Shown in pieces: positions 51,701 through 64,000 of a stretch of 64,000 nucleotides of DNA (position 1 is its first letter; each line of letters begins with the position of its first letter). This DNA is from Oculina patagonica. Lineage: Eukaryota. The position numbers and the translations under genes are program-made. The stretch is taken from contig NC_135758.1 in the NCBI RefSeq assembly GCF_052425735.1, forward strand, positions 39,432,001 through 39,496,000, written 5' to 3'. Under the pieces are notes generated by a model that saw only the letters and a list, made by a program, of their open reading frames with translations, did no database searches and was not told where the DNA came from.

Positions 51701-54700
51701 GGGTAGCGATTTGCGATCAAGGAAAACGAAGGCCGATTTCGCCTAAGTTATGGGTCTCGAAAAAAGCTTGATTAATTGAATGAGTTTGTATTTGAAAGAC
51801 ACCGTGCACGTGGAAATTTAAGATTAAACCGCCAAAACAAAGCACAGAAGACGTGTTTTTTATTTTTTTTTTAATTTCAACAGATTGTCCATATAGGGTT
51901 TGCTTCTTACAAAACTGTGTTACTTTATGTAGGCTGCTATACCCGAAGACACATACACAATAAAATTAAACCATTTTTCAGAATGTATACAATGAATTTC
52001 GATTGAGTATCCTAAACGCAGGAATCTCTCGGTCTATTTGCCATCGACGTCGGAAAATGGCCGTCCGGCACATCATGCACACTCCACCAAACAGTAATTA
52101 AAAGCTCTTTGCCACTACTGGATCGTCAATAAAAGGCTCTTTGAACTGCAGACGTGTCTAATACGGCAAACAGGTTTAAGTTGCGCGATTGTAAAGTTTA
52201 CAGATACTTACTGCTTGTTACACGCCGTGTTGTCCATAGAAACATTGAGGGAATGACTTTGTAAAATTGTCCGTCGGGTGTCTGTAGTCCAACTTCCAAG
52301 TGATCCTCCTGATGATCGTCTTTCATTATAGCTTCCATGTAGTATTGCTTGCCTTTCATTAGGTAAACTGGGAGAGATTTTTGAGTGGTGTATCTATAAA
52401 TAAATATATATGGAATAATATGAATCAAGAGAAGTCATACCACACCACACCTTACGATACCAAACCATGTCATGACATACCATACCTTATTTTTTATATA
52501 ACAAAAGTTTAAGACAATTTGCAAATAGAAGTGGGTATTTGCTATATTTAAGCAAAAGTATAGACGTATAGCTTTCTTCACATGTAAGAATATATCCAAT
52601 CAGTATCTGCAGAACAACGACCCAGCCCATCACAGCACGAGAACTCAAATGGTTTCCAAATTCGTATAGGAACTTTTTTTTTAGTCTAGACAGCAGTTTG
52701 GGTTTTGTTCCGTTACAGTTGCCTTTCGACAACTTCATAGAAATGCAAGCCAAACGAATTTTTTTGAGCTAAACCTAAAGAATACGATAACGATATAAAA
52801 ATAAAAAAAATCATTACTCGAGGGTGGAGTGAAGTGAAAGCGAAGGCAGACTTCCCTCGAGCTTAAAGTCGACACCGAACACCTAAGATGTAGATTACAA
52901 AACATTTAACGCAAAAGACTTCCTTATTGATTCTGGCGATAGTTGTTAATTGAAAAAGTAAATCTGGTCTAACCTGTCGTACTCATATTGACCAGAAGGA
53001 AATCCTCCATCTATTTCACTAATCATCGTCTTCGTGTCTGGCTTGTCATTTTTGCTAAGGAACAGTTCGCTACCTGCATTTGATGCTGCAAAAATAAATG
53101 ATATGAGTTTTATTCAAACTGTTGCTCTTGAAAGTGTTGGAAAAGGTATTATTCAGAACATGTACATTGGTGTCTAGGGCTTTCAAAAAATGCTCGAGAT
53201 GTCCCAGAAAGTTGCTCGAAATTTCTTTAAAAATTGCTCCAGATTCCAAAGAGTTGCTCGAAAGTTGCTCCAAAAATTCCAAAACGTTGCCTTTAAATAT
53301 AAAATTCTCCAAATATATGCTAATTTCCCTTTAATTTGAAGGTAAGATTGTTAACATTTTTATGCATCTTTACTGGAACAGAAACATCTAAATAACATTT
53401 TTAAGGCCAAAATGTGTTAAATTACAAGGATTTCTTTCACTAAACAAAAATCGTGAAGATACCGATGACGTTATGTTTGCTGATGGGCTTTTGATGCTGA
53501 ATGATCCGAAAGTTGAAGCATCCTCTGATCTTCCTCGAAAATCTTCGGAAAATTTCGATGTTGTCATTTAGATCCAAAAAGTAATTTCTTTGTAAGCATT
53601 AAGTTTAACATAGCGAGTATTTGGCAAAACTTTATAAAATAAACTTAGCTCAGCCACAGTCCTTTTAATACATGTACATTGCGACACTTCACAAATAGAA
53701 ATCATGCATGCATTTAAGTTACACTAAGATACTATGCCATCAACTGCTATAAAAACGGTCCAGTGATCATGCACTTACAAAGAAAGAAGTAGTGGTTTCC
53801 CGTCTGTAATGGAACGAAATACGTCCTTAGACGAGTACCAAAGAAGTCTCCCCAGTTCGAAGGTTGCTCAAATGTTGGAACACATGTTGTATAACTTGGA
53901 AGATTTGGATATCGGGGATCACTCAATAGAAACTTGACACGCTTGTAATCTATTCTGTCCCATCTCTCCAAGTACACGCCACGTTCCACTAGAAAAAAAA
54001 AAGGTGAAGTAATGAAGAACTGGACCAAAATGACAAATGCGAAATCCTCAAGTGGCTCGATACACACCAAATTTCATTTTATTACGTAGTATAGTACTTT
54101 CTACCAAACGAAACGAGTATTTTTGTGCGGTCGTTTTGATTTGTTTTATTGGTATTTGAGCTAGCTTAAAAAAAAAGTTATTTAAGAAAAAGGATTGCGC
54201 GTAATAGCTAATAGCTTACAAACCTGTAGTCCAACACTAGGAACAGTATGACAATAGCGTAAAAAATATAAATTGGAATTATACAATTAGATTTTTAAAG
54301 CTAATTAAAAATTAAGACTTATGTTCAAGTCATTAAATGTAAGGCCTACTATTTATAAATATGGCTTTTCCCACACAATTGCAAAATTACTGAGGATAAC
54401 TAAAGTTACATTAGATAGCCTTTACTCACAGGGACAAGATGCATCCCTGGTACCAAATGTGCGTCGCTGTCTAATCAGTTCATGTTTATCTGCTGGTATA
54501 GAAAAGCAAAGATCGTTAATTATATCTCAAACGGTTTTCAACAAGATAACTATTTTCTCCTCTGAATTATTCAGCATGGCTGCCCGATAAAGAGTATAAC
54601 TGCAAATTTGTTCCAGATTTTGCCATTGATAGTAGAAAGGTGTGACGTTGAAGGTAGATTGGGCCTATATTGAGGAAAGATATGGTTTCCATTACTATGA

Positions 54701-56088
54701 CTGTAGTGCATTGGACAACGGAAGGAAAACGAAAAAGAGGAAGAACAAAACAACATGGCGAAACAGAGTACAGAAAGACCTCCTCCATCTGTGTTGAAGC
54801 TCAATCGAGGACCGCAAAAAAATACGCAGACCGTGCGTTCTTTTGGCTAGCGTGATGAGCAGAAAGAATGTCTGCGAAGGAGGATAGCAAACTTGATTGG
54901 CATGGAAAAGCGTTGTAGCCGCCCTTTGCGCCAGCCTGCGCGATGATGATGAGTTGACTGGGTGAGTGAGCGAGTGAGTGAGTGAGTGAGTGGAAAGGTG
55001 TGCTTGATATTCACCATTACTGAAGACTTAAAGTTATGCATTCCTCGTGTTTCCCTTTTGTAAATTCAAGCAGGATTTGAAGAAAATGACCCTCAGACAT
55101 TTGACTAATTATAATTTTGTTTCCTTGGACATATTACCACAAGTAACCTACTGATGCCGATGAAGAATTTTTTTCGTGCTTTGATATCTGTAGATATATA
55201 ACAATTTTGACATTCGTTGGCGTTTGGAGTAATTGTTTACTGCTGCCTAATATGTATTGTCGTGACAACCCTGTTAAAATATATTTTATTGCTCTTTCTA
55301 TCTTTCAAACAAGGCGTTTCTGCATAAAGAGGTCTCGCATGTTCATTTCCACTCCAATGTGTCATTTATCTACAAGCCACTGGGATTTTGAAGTATGTTA
55401 AGATTGACTCTTGAGTCTTCTTGACTGTTGATACCGTGTCATGCATGTCTGATAGATATCCATGAATTCCGTGCCATAAATAACGCCACCGTTAAAATTA
55501 CATGGTGAAAAATAATTTCACTTATATATGTTTTTAGTTCTTACATTTAACATTTTACTAGTATATTATACATGTTTTTCAGTTTCAATTAAATCTGGTC
55601 AAAATCCTTCAAAAGCTGGGTGATTATCTATCGTCTTGAGACGAGCGAGAATTTGGCAGGAATTTACCTGTCTAATTTCTAACATTAGTTTTATCTGTAA
55701 AACAGTACCATCAATTGACTGAATTGAAAATTGAAAAAGCTTAACCAATATAACGATGTATTTCATTTCCTGAAGCTGGAGAACTTATTACTGTAATACA
55801 CTTTATCGATTTAACAATCTATATTGAATTTGACTAATTGCATTTAAACCGTGAAGAGATAAAAATCCGTCTAGGCCATAAGCGCTTTGTTTCCATCTGC
55901 TAAAAACCTCTTATCGCTAACAAAAAAAATAAACGAATAAACGTACGCGTTAAAAACATTTGTTGATTAGATTGAAGAACCATACCTGCCGTTCCTCTCA
56001 TGTTGGTGGTAACTTTACCACCTTCGGAAAATGGCGCCATAAACAAAGCGTAAACTGCACAGAACACGGCGGTGATTAAATACTTCAT
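45741..56088 (-). CDS. Paralogue B: same PA14 / Gly-rich / AbfB / polyproline / Cys-rich architecture (12 exons, ~1023 aa)
   Basis: Exons 55986-56088, 53779-53988, 52974-53085, 52212-52393, 50731-51633, 49770-50042, 48750-49211, 47731-48006, 47215-47406, 46955-47134, 46402-46467 (VHYHYHY), 45741-45853 (CPSMCTESEECYSTCPSNCCKR...stop). First four exons are 103/210/112/182 nt, as in A and C. Confidence 0.9.
54690..54860 (+). mobile_element. Possible RTE-clade LINE 3' remnant
   Basis: Translates to VHWTTEGKRKRGRTK, resembling the W.PEGKRKRGRPK C-terminal motif of RTE ORFs; degenerate. Confidence 0.45.
54960..54992. repeat. (GAGT)n microsatellite
   Basis: gtgagtgagcgagtgagtgagtgagtgagtg. Confidence 0.8.
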
Positions 56089-57776
56089 ATTTAGAGCTGT
56101 GAAAGGAAGCTCCACCACGATAATAGCGCTTTTAGTGATACATTTAAGTGGTTCAGAGATGCCACTTTGTTAAAACAGAAGTCCATTAAGAAAGAAAAGC
56201 CACCTGCTGTGAGGAACGATCGATGAAGGTTCACAACGGGTAATCTGACTAAATTTATTTTTCTGTCGATCAACTGTTTTGCAGGGCCTCACTGAATAAC
56301 ACCTTTGGTGATGTGAGCTCCCTGGGTAAAGAACATTATTTTTAAAATAATTAACAAACAGTACATTATAATATCAGTGACGTCTCTTAACTCAAATAAT
56401 TAACAAACACTGCGTTATATTAGTGACGTCTCTTAACTCCTTTGCAAGTTTACACAATTGGGTAACTCCAGCAATCGTTAGCGATCAAATAGAAGGCAGC
56501 CCATGCCTAAAACATGTACAGTTGTGCAAAATGGTGGTAATAGATTTTGTAACTTTTATTCAAAACTATATCTGGGCATAAAAGAAATATTGTCACAGTG
56601 TAGGTACACTTAACATAGCTACTCGAATAAATTTGTTTGAACACCGGTGAAGTACACAGCTGCTTTGCTGGAATGAAGAATTCTATACTGTCACTCACAG
56701 GTTGGAATCTTTTTAATTCGCATGGCGGCTGATCGTTATGAATTTCTTTTAATGTTTTTTTTTTTTATTCATCAAAGAAACATACCGTGCAGATCTAGAA
56801 TTTTAACGATTGGGTTATTATTGTCCTGTCACAGACAATGTAATGTTGTTGTAAGGAGAAAAGAGAGTTGATCACTCTTAACGAACCTATATTTTCCCAT
56901 TATATATAGAGAATTGTTTTGTACCTTTAAAGATTGTTTTAGTGGTCAGTTAATTCAGTTCCAGTATGACAGTAAACCCACTAGGATAGTACAAACAATT
57001 GAAAAATTAGATCAACGAAGAGCATGTACATCCCTCCTCTGACACTTGACAAGTTGACATTGGCGGTAATGAAACTAAACCCATCATTCAGAGACAAATA
57101 TGGTAAAAAAATGCAAAAGCTGTCTGTCTTGACAAAATCGACGGCTGTAATGGCAAAGACAACAATTGATTCATAGCATTTTGAGTCGATATTACAAAAC
57201 TTAGCAATAACCCACGATCTCTTCTTACCAATGTAACCTTAGGAACAAAAGAAACCAACTAAGATTAATGATCCTTTATCCCCACAGAGGGCAATAAAAA
57301 TTGACAACAATCGTGTAAAGATTATCACATCACCTTACCGCATTACCTTGAACAAGAGGCCCCACCAACAGTGTGCTCGAACACCATCTGTGCCAAAGAA
57401 AACATCCTCGAGGAACCAACGGTCGCGAAGGCCTGAAAAGGAGAAAATCAAGTGGAGGACTACAATGAAGAACTGTAAGAACTGTCGTTTAACCTGTCTC
57501 CTTTCTTTTGACACCTTATACATGCAGCATGAAAAAAAAGAAGTCGCTCAAACATTCTTTGTTGAATAAATTTTCCACAGAGATAAAACAGTACAGTACC
57601 CAATTTTTCTATGTCAAAAATAGTTCAAGAGTTACGTGACCAGTTGTGAAGACATTTTTCGATTGTTCCTTGCAGCAGGTGGCCTTTCTGTTCCATTCAT
57701 GGACAGGATCACAAGAAAGTGCATCAGTTCCTAAATTACAAGTTACAGATTCTTGCCCAGCCACTAACCACTTATA

Positions 57777-60700
57777 ATGAAGTATTCAACAGTTGTTGTT
57801 TACTGGAAACTATACGCTTTGTTTATGGTGTCATTTTCAAAAGGTGGTAAGCAAAACAACAAATGGAAAGATCTGGGAGGTAGGTGTTACTTTTGCCACA
57901 AAGTTATTCTTAAAATGCACCATCTTTTTTTAGAGGTGAAGAGTTCTAAAATCTTTCTAACATCATATTTTGAACAAGGATACTTTCTGAAATTATGAGA
58001 ACATAGTAAATTCATAATCTGAAACCTTGTTTGTGTCAACTTTGGTGAGGCTTGTCTTTCACAGGTGCCATTCACCGCCCACTCAAGTTTAAGATTATGA
58101 AAGAAAAGGAAAACAATAAGTCTTCTTGCAAGGAACATGTTCTTGCCCATTTAAACACGAAAGCCAGCTAGCTAATTTTCAAGCATAGCCTTTAGTTAAA
58201 GTCAGAAGTTTTATGTCTCAATCGTGTTGGTCATTAATCATAATTATTTTACACTGCCTGCCTGTCGAACTGAAAAGTCAAAAGACAGCTATTGCGTTCA
58301 CTAGCTTATTGCAAGGAAATAAACCAGAGTCGGATGAGCTCAAATGTTTTAACCCTCCTCGGTTTGGTTTTCTATTACTGTAATTCTGATAAAAGGGTAT
58401 AAAAAATGTTCAGTTTAATTTTTGTACAATGTTTCGCCAATAAACAGGATCAGCTGAATTCAAAATTGTTACTATAGCGACGTCAAAAGAGGTCGAAACA
58501 TACCTTTTGACATTTTATTCAAGGAAAATAACTTGACAACTACTCGTTTAAAGTTTTACTTTCAGCAATACTGTTTTCCTTCCATGATTGATCCCTTTTC
58601 AAAGTGGTGGGAAAATTGCAATCTGGGTAATTCAACCCACTTTTTAAGGTGCAAGGAACAATTGGTTTACTTCGATTGCACGAGAAGGTCATTAATAGAA
58701 AAGTCATAGAGCAATTTTTTTCTTTACCAGCCCAGCCCTAACCAACAAGACAAGCATGTGACTTGCTTCAAACCTGATGTAATGATGCTAATAACGTCTT
58801 TCTTTATAAATCTATATGCTCAAGGCAAACGTAGGTTGTCTAGGTGGCGGCGAACATTTGGTAGTAAGGAGGCACCTTGCAACAGTGAGTACAAGTATTT
58901 TTTGGTATATATCTAGTTTTCTCTGACCTGATTGTGATTGTTGGTTGTTTTAATTGGAACCTAAGTTCGCAATGACAATATAAATGACAATATATTCCCG
59001 CCTTTTTCTCACTGTTGACTTGGAAGACATTTAGTTCTGCAGATAAGGAGCTCATCAAAACGGCGTTTTTCATTTAGTATGATATTATGGTGTTTAATTT
59101 GTATGATAATTATGAAAAGATTAGGTGTCTCGCATGATGCGATGTTTTATTTCCCCACGGCAGCTATACTCATTTATACTTGTATACTCATTTAAATTTG
59201 TTTTATCGAAGTGAGTCCATTTTACGTATAAAACCACGCACGATAATCAAAAACAACATAATATAAATACCGTATTTTCTCGATTAGACGCCCCCGGCGT
59301 TTATTACAAACTTGACCTGGTGGACCCGGCGTTTATTTGACTTCTGCAGTTTTTCGAGCCTGGTTTTCATTTAGAAACGGTTTTTATTCGCTGTTTTTGA
59401 CAAAAATATGTCTGGCTGATATAGATACAACTTATCATACCTTAAATAAATACCTTAGGGGCCTATTTTCAACTTCACCTTGGAGACCCGGCGTTTATTC
59501 GGTACCCGGCGTTTAATCGAGGAAATACGGTAAATATGCTGAAATATAATCCTTCAATTATATTTTTACCTTTAATTTAGTCACGGTAGGTATTTTGCCA
59601 TTTTACCATGTTCGACGGCAACAATTTATCTTAATTCAACCGAAAATTTTCTCATTATTATAGAATCTTCTCTTTAATTGAGTATGTTGTGAATATCTAT
59701 TCGAGCAATATAGCAAATTAATTATTTAGTCCCAATCTTTAATATTAGACAAAAAAACGTGTATACTAATATAATTAATGTACCACTAAGGCCTAATTTG
59801 TGATGTATATGTTTTGAAATATAATAAATAACACAGTGACTACTTCATGAAGCAAAATCTCGTACCCCTTGTCTGCTGGTACATACCCGATATAACTATT
59901 CATTTCAGTGCACATCTTACACTTCTTTACAAAAAAAATGAAAAAAAGTACAGTAGCCACAACAACGATTTTTATCAATCTTTAATCTATTTTGCCACAT
60001 TCTGTTTTTTCTTCATCTATTTCAGTGGCCCATGGCGTATACTTGGAAAAATGGGACAGAATAGATTATAAGCGAGTCAAGTTTCTACTGGCGGATCCAC
60101 GATATCCAAATCTTCCAAGTTTCACAAAATGTGTTCCAACGTTTGAACAGCCTTCAAAATGGGGAGACTTCTTTGGTACTCGTCTAAGGACGTATTTTGT
60201 TCCATTCCAGACAGGAAACCACTATTTCTTCCTCTGTAAGACATAGTTTTTTTCTTTGAATACACGTTTAAAATTACCAGAGGAGGTGATTATGCTAAGA
60301 GGAAATACTAGACCGAGTTTTGAGAGTTTAATTGAGTATTTCATTCAAATCAGAATTTTAAGTGCGTGAATTAGTTTAGTGAGTGAATTTGTAATTGCCG
60401 TGTAATTCACTTAGACATCTTCTGGGGCGAAATCACGATTTTTATGGAAGTAGGATGAGTATGAACTGTAATGTAAAAACTTTATTTAAACACGGGAAAC
60501 CATCAGTTACAATAAGCTCAAGTATTAAAGAAACTAAAACTAAAACTGCTTTACATGATTGCCGTGCGGGAATCCGATACGTCAGCTACCTTCTTGATAA
60601 TTTTCTTAAAATTATTAACTGATGCGGCATTTTTAAGACATTTGGGCATGTTATTCCAGAGCATAGCGCCGCTGTAAGAAAAGCTTCGTTTTAAATAGTT

Positions 60701-63018
60701 GGTATTTGGTTTGGGTAGCGTCAGCTTTCCCTCAGAGTCTCTCAAGTTATAAACAGAGTGACGCTGAGAGAAAAGGTTTTGTAGGTAATCTGGGGTAAGT
60801 CCATTCATGGTTTTATACATTATTAAGGCTTTCTGTTTCTTTCTTCGAGAAAATAGCCTCTCCCAGTCGAGTGTGGAAAGGAGGTGGTTTAAACTCGTAT
60901 CAAAAGGTGATTTTGTTATAACTCTGGCTGCACGGTTCTGTAATTTTTGAAGCTTGTCACTTAAGTAACCACTCATACAGTCCCAAACGGGGCTGTATGA
61001 GCGCACAAAACGTGCAAATCCAAAGGGTCTGGGGGTACACTCTTTAAGAACTATGCCTTCAAGAAAAAAAGAACAAATTATCATGGAACCCTCATTCTGG
61101 ATAGGTTTAATTTTTATTTTGACATCCCATTCTTAGCATCAGATGCTGGAAGCGAACTGTATATCAGCACAAATGAGAAACCAAAGACGAAGACGATGAT
61201 CAGTTATGTAGATGGAGGATTTGCCACTTACCCATATGAGTACGACAGGTAAGAAGAGTCTCTGATGACAACTGCTTGCTTTATTGACCGACCGACCGAT
61301 CGATCGATCGACTGATTGTGACTGACCGACCGACCGACCAACCGACCGACTGCCTGTCTGACTGACTGACTGACCGCCCGCTGTAGCTCTCCGTACCCTC
61401 TGTGTAAAGTCTGCCTGTATCTCTGACTGATTAATTTCCTGTTAAATTCCTTGATTAAATTTTTCACAAAGCTATTTCGTGGGCTCTTTTCGGTTGGCCC
61501 GCCAGATTTCATGGGAAAGTATTTTGCGTTTTAAATCAGGCGTTATAATTAATTCGGACGTCGCGTCTGCTGACAGGCTTGGTGTCTGAATTTTTCATTA
61601 TTTCTTCATTGATCAGCTTATCATAATCAAACTCTCTCTTTCCGTAGGTTTACGAACCAAAAATCTCTGCCGATTTATCTACAACAAGGCAAATATTACT
61701 ACATGGAGGCTATAATGAAAGACGATCATCAAAACGACCACCTGGAAGTTGCTTTAGAGACGCCAGACAAAACATTTTACAAAGTGATTCCCTCAAAGTT
61801 CCTATGGACAACATTACCTACACCTCCCGGTATGAAGACAGTACTGATTTAGGACAGGCCAAAGGGGCATTTATACAAAATTTATGGTACTTCTGTTTGG
61901 CAGAAAAATTCTATCGCCTTTCGTCGTTAATGTATATTTTATAAAAAAAAAAAAAGGAATAAACAAACACTTGCGTCGAAAACAGGGTTTACGGTGATTC
62001 GTTTAATGTAATTATTTGATACAAATTAAAACCTCAGCTCAGTTAATTAAGTACAAAATGAAAGCAACTACACAGAAGAAGACAACTGAACGGAAACTGA
62101 TATAGTTTGTAACTTCTCAGTGTCATGATTTTCTATTCTCTTTCCTATTTCTAGCACAAAATGCCACTTATCAAGCCATTTTACTTAAAATAGCGGCACG
62201 AGCTGGTGCAAAAGCCGGTTCATCATTTGGCGCAAGGTGGGCGATGAAAAGTGGAGCGCAAGCAGGAGCAAAGGCTGGTGCCTTGGCAGGAATGGAGGCT
62301 GGGACATCGGCAGGAGCTAAAGCCGGAGCGAAAGCTGCTATCGTAATGACAACGAAAACACTTCAAGACGCTTTTAACAGCTTTCATGGAGACAGCTTGC
62401 ACCAATTTAAGATTACCATTAAGAATGGAAGCGTTGTAGACGTAACTGGTCCTGGGATAGGAGAAACACCTACTGTAGCTGGAGCGGCAGGTGGTGGTGG
62501 TGGTGGTGGCGGTGGCGGTGGTGGTGGTGGCGGCGGTGGCGGTGGGGCTGGTACTGCTGGGACAGCAGGGACTGCAGGCACTGCAGGAACGGCTGGAACA
62601 GTAGGGACTCCGGGGGGAGGAGGAGCTGGAGGAGGTGGTGGTGGAGGCGGTGGAGGCGGGGGAGGAGCCGGAACTGGAAGCGCTACAGGAGGTGGTGGAT
62701 CAGCAGCTGGAGGATCAACAGGCGGAACGGCTGCCGGTGGAGTTGCAGCAGGAGGTGCAGCCGCTGCAGGTGCTGGAGCGGGTGCTGGAGGAGCCACAGG
62801 CGGTGCTTCTGTTTCTGTGTCTGGAACTTCTCAGGTTACTTCATCTACCAGCGGTGGTATTGCGGGAGGTGGGAGCACTGGGGTGAGTGGCGCTGGTGGT
62901 GGTGGTGAATCGTCCTCGTTTACTCCGATTAGGGAATTGGTTTATATTCCAAAACCAGGCGAAGATGCTCAGGCTCTTGCACGGTCACTGGTCTGGAGAG
63001 TAGGAGGTGCAACAAAAA
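57777..63018 (+). CDS. Paralogue C: first five exons (signal peptide, PA14, Gly-zipper/Gly-rich); remainder expected beyond the window
   Basis: Exons 57777-57879, 60026-60235, 61137-61248, 61648-61829, 62155-63018; sizes 103/210/112/182 nt match A and B, and the frame is open. Confidence 0.88.
59270..59530. mobile_element. Tc1/mariner (pogo-like) MITE
   Basis: TA|CCGTATTTTCTCGATTAGACGCC ... GGCGTTTAATCGAGGAAATACGG|TA; internal CCCGGCGTTTATT repeats. Confidence 0.85.
60460..60995 (-). mobile_element. 5'-truncated L2/CR1-clade LINE (C-terminal end of ORF2 plus 3' UTR) in an intron of paralogue C
   Basis: SPVWDCMSGYLSDKLQKLQNRAARVIT...LLSTLDW...LIMYKTMNGLTPDYL...YNLR...LPKPNTNYLKRSFSYSGAMLWNNMP; AATAAA near the 3' end. 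Confidence 0.88.
61283..61380. repeat. Compound (GACC/GATC/GACT)n microsatellite
   Basis: gaccgaccgaccgatcgatcgatcgactg...gactgactgactgacc. Confidence 0.8.
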
Positions 63019-64000
63019 GTAAGGCGACAAAATGGTTAGGGAGGGGTATGTTTGCTTGCCGCAAATACCGAATTTCTACCTGCAAAATTCGGCAACACAT
63101 GGGAGTTCGTATTTTTCTTTTTCTTTTGAAGACAAACTGGGATTTTTCTTTCGTAAATCAGCTTTCATTTACGCAAAAATACAAAACAATCAAACCTTAT
63201 ATCTTTTTTATCATCAACAAAGCCCAGACTTTCCACAAGCCCACCCGATGATCCTCACTTCTCTCCCGACTGAGATGTAAAGCCGTCACATACTGACTGT
63301 GCGATTTCATTTACGTTGTGTTCACGTAGTGCTTGTGCAAATTTGTTTTTTGTTTTTACGGTGCGATGTTCTTGGTTACAGGTATTTTAATAATATTAAA
63401 TTAACTTCGTTATCAAAAATCTTTCAAGCAATTTTACATCTCGTTCAGTTTTTTGAGCGGTGTTTTTGTTTTCCTGTTCTAAAATGAATTCTTCAACTCA
63501 GGAAACAGAAGCAAACCTTCCCTCGGCCATTTTTCAAAGCGCGGGTTTTCTTGTCGGCAACGGCTGTAGGATGACGTTTCCTTCAATACGTTCATTCATC
63601 ACCTGTGAAAATTCGTCGTTCGCGTTGCTAATTGGACGAACGATATTTTTTCACAGTGAAATTTTGTCGTTCGTGCTCCTGATTGGCTAAGCTCTGAATC
63701 AGTACGATTTTTACTCCCTACGATTTTCATGAGTAAATCTCAGTACCTATGAAATAAATAAATATGATTTCACTTGCTCACATTACTATTCATACAAATA
63801 TCTTTCTTAAAAATCGTAGTTGTCCCTGGTAGGAGGGCTACCCTCTCCCCCGAGCTATCTTTTGCTGAGCGTTTACATAAAAAAGTTGTCCCTGTTGACC
63901 GAGCCAAAACTTGGCCCTCTCGGTTCAAAAGACTGGCGAGAGTTGTTTTGAAACATCTATTTTGTCTGCCTTTTTTAAATAAGGAACGCTGAAACATCGA

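Noticed and set aside
57672-57684. CTCF-like site (CAGCAGGTGGC)
   Set aside because: CTCF is considered bilaterian-specific; an E-box or splice acceptor explains the motif better in an inferred cnidarian.
60551-61084. 177-aa host gene nested in paralogue C
   Set aside because: C-terminal part of a LINE ORF2, 5'-truncated.

Overview
Intron-rich, AT-rich animal genomic DNA, inferred to be cnidarian and probably a stony coral (minicollagen-type Cys-rich domains, ShK/TSP1 mosaic protein, coral-type MITEs and a Penelope element). Splicing by hand at GT-AG junctions gives six genes: (1) the last two exons of a GABA/glycine-type Cys-loop channel; (2) a complete secreted CD38/BST1-family ADP-ribosyl cyclase on the minus strand whose catalytic Glu appears replaced by Gln; (3) a ~26-exon secreted AbfB/CBM42 beta-trefoil + ShK + TSP1 mosaic protein rich in micro-exons; (4-6) three paralogues arranged +/-/+ (the third runs off the window). 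The paralogues encode ~1,020-aa secreted proteins: signal peptide, PA14, Gly-zipper, Gly-rich (Gly-Thr-Ala)n spacer, AbfB beta-trefoil, unknown ~90-aa domain, polyproline, HYHYHY, and a minicollagen-type Cys-rich domain ending CCKR. This cluster is the best candidate for an undescribed system: possibly nematocyst-capsule (or other disulfide-polymerising matrix) proteins built from lectin folds with degenerate sugar-binding sites. Introns and intergenic DNA carry many MITEs (some nested), SINEs, LINE fragments and a Penelope fragment with a hammerhead-like motif. All exon models are manual and unverified by transcripts or database searches.
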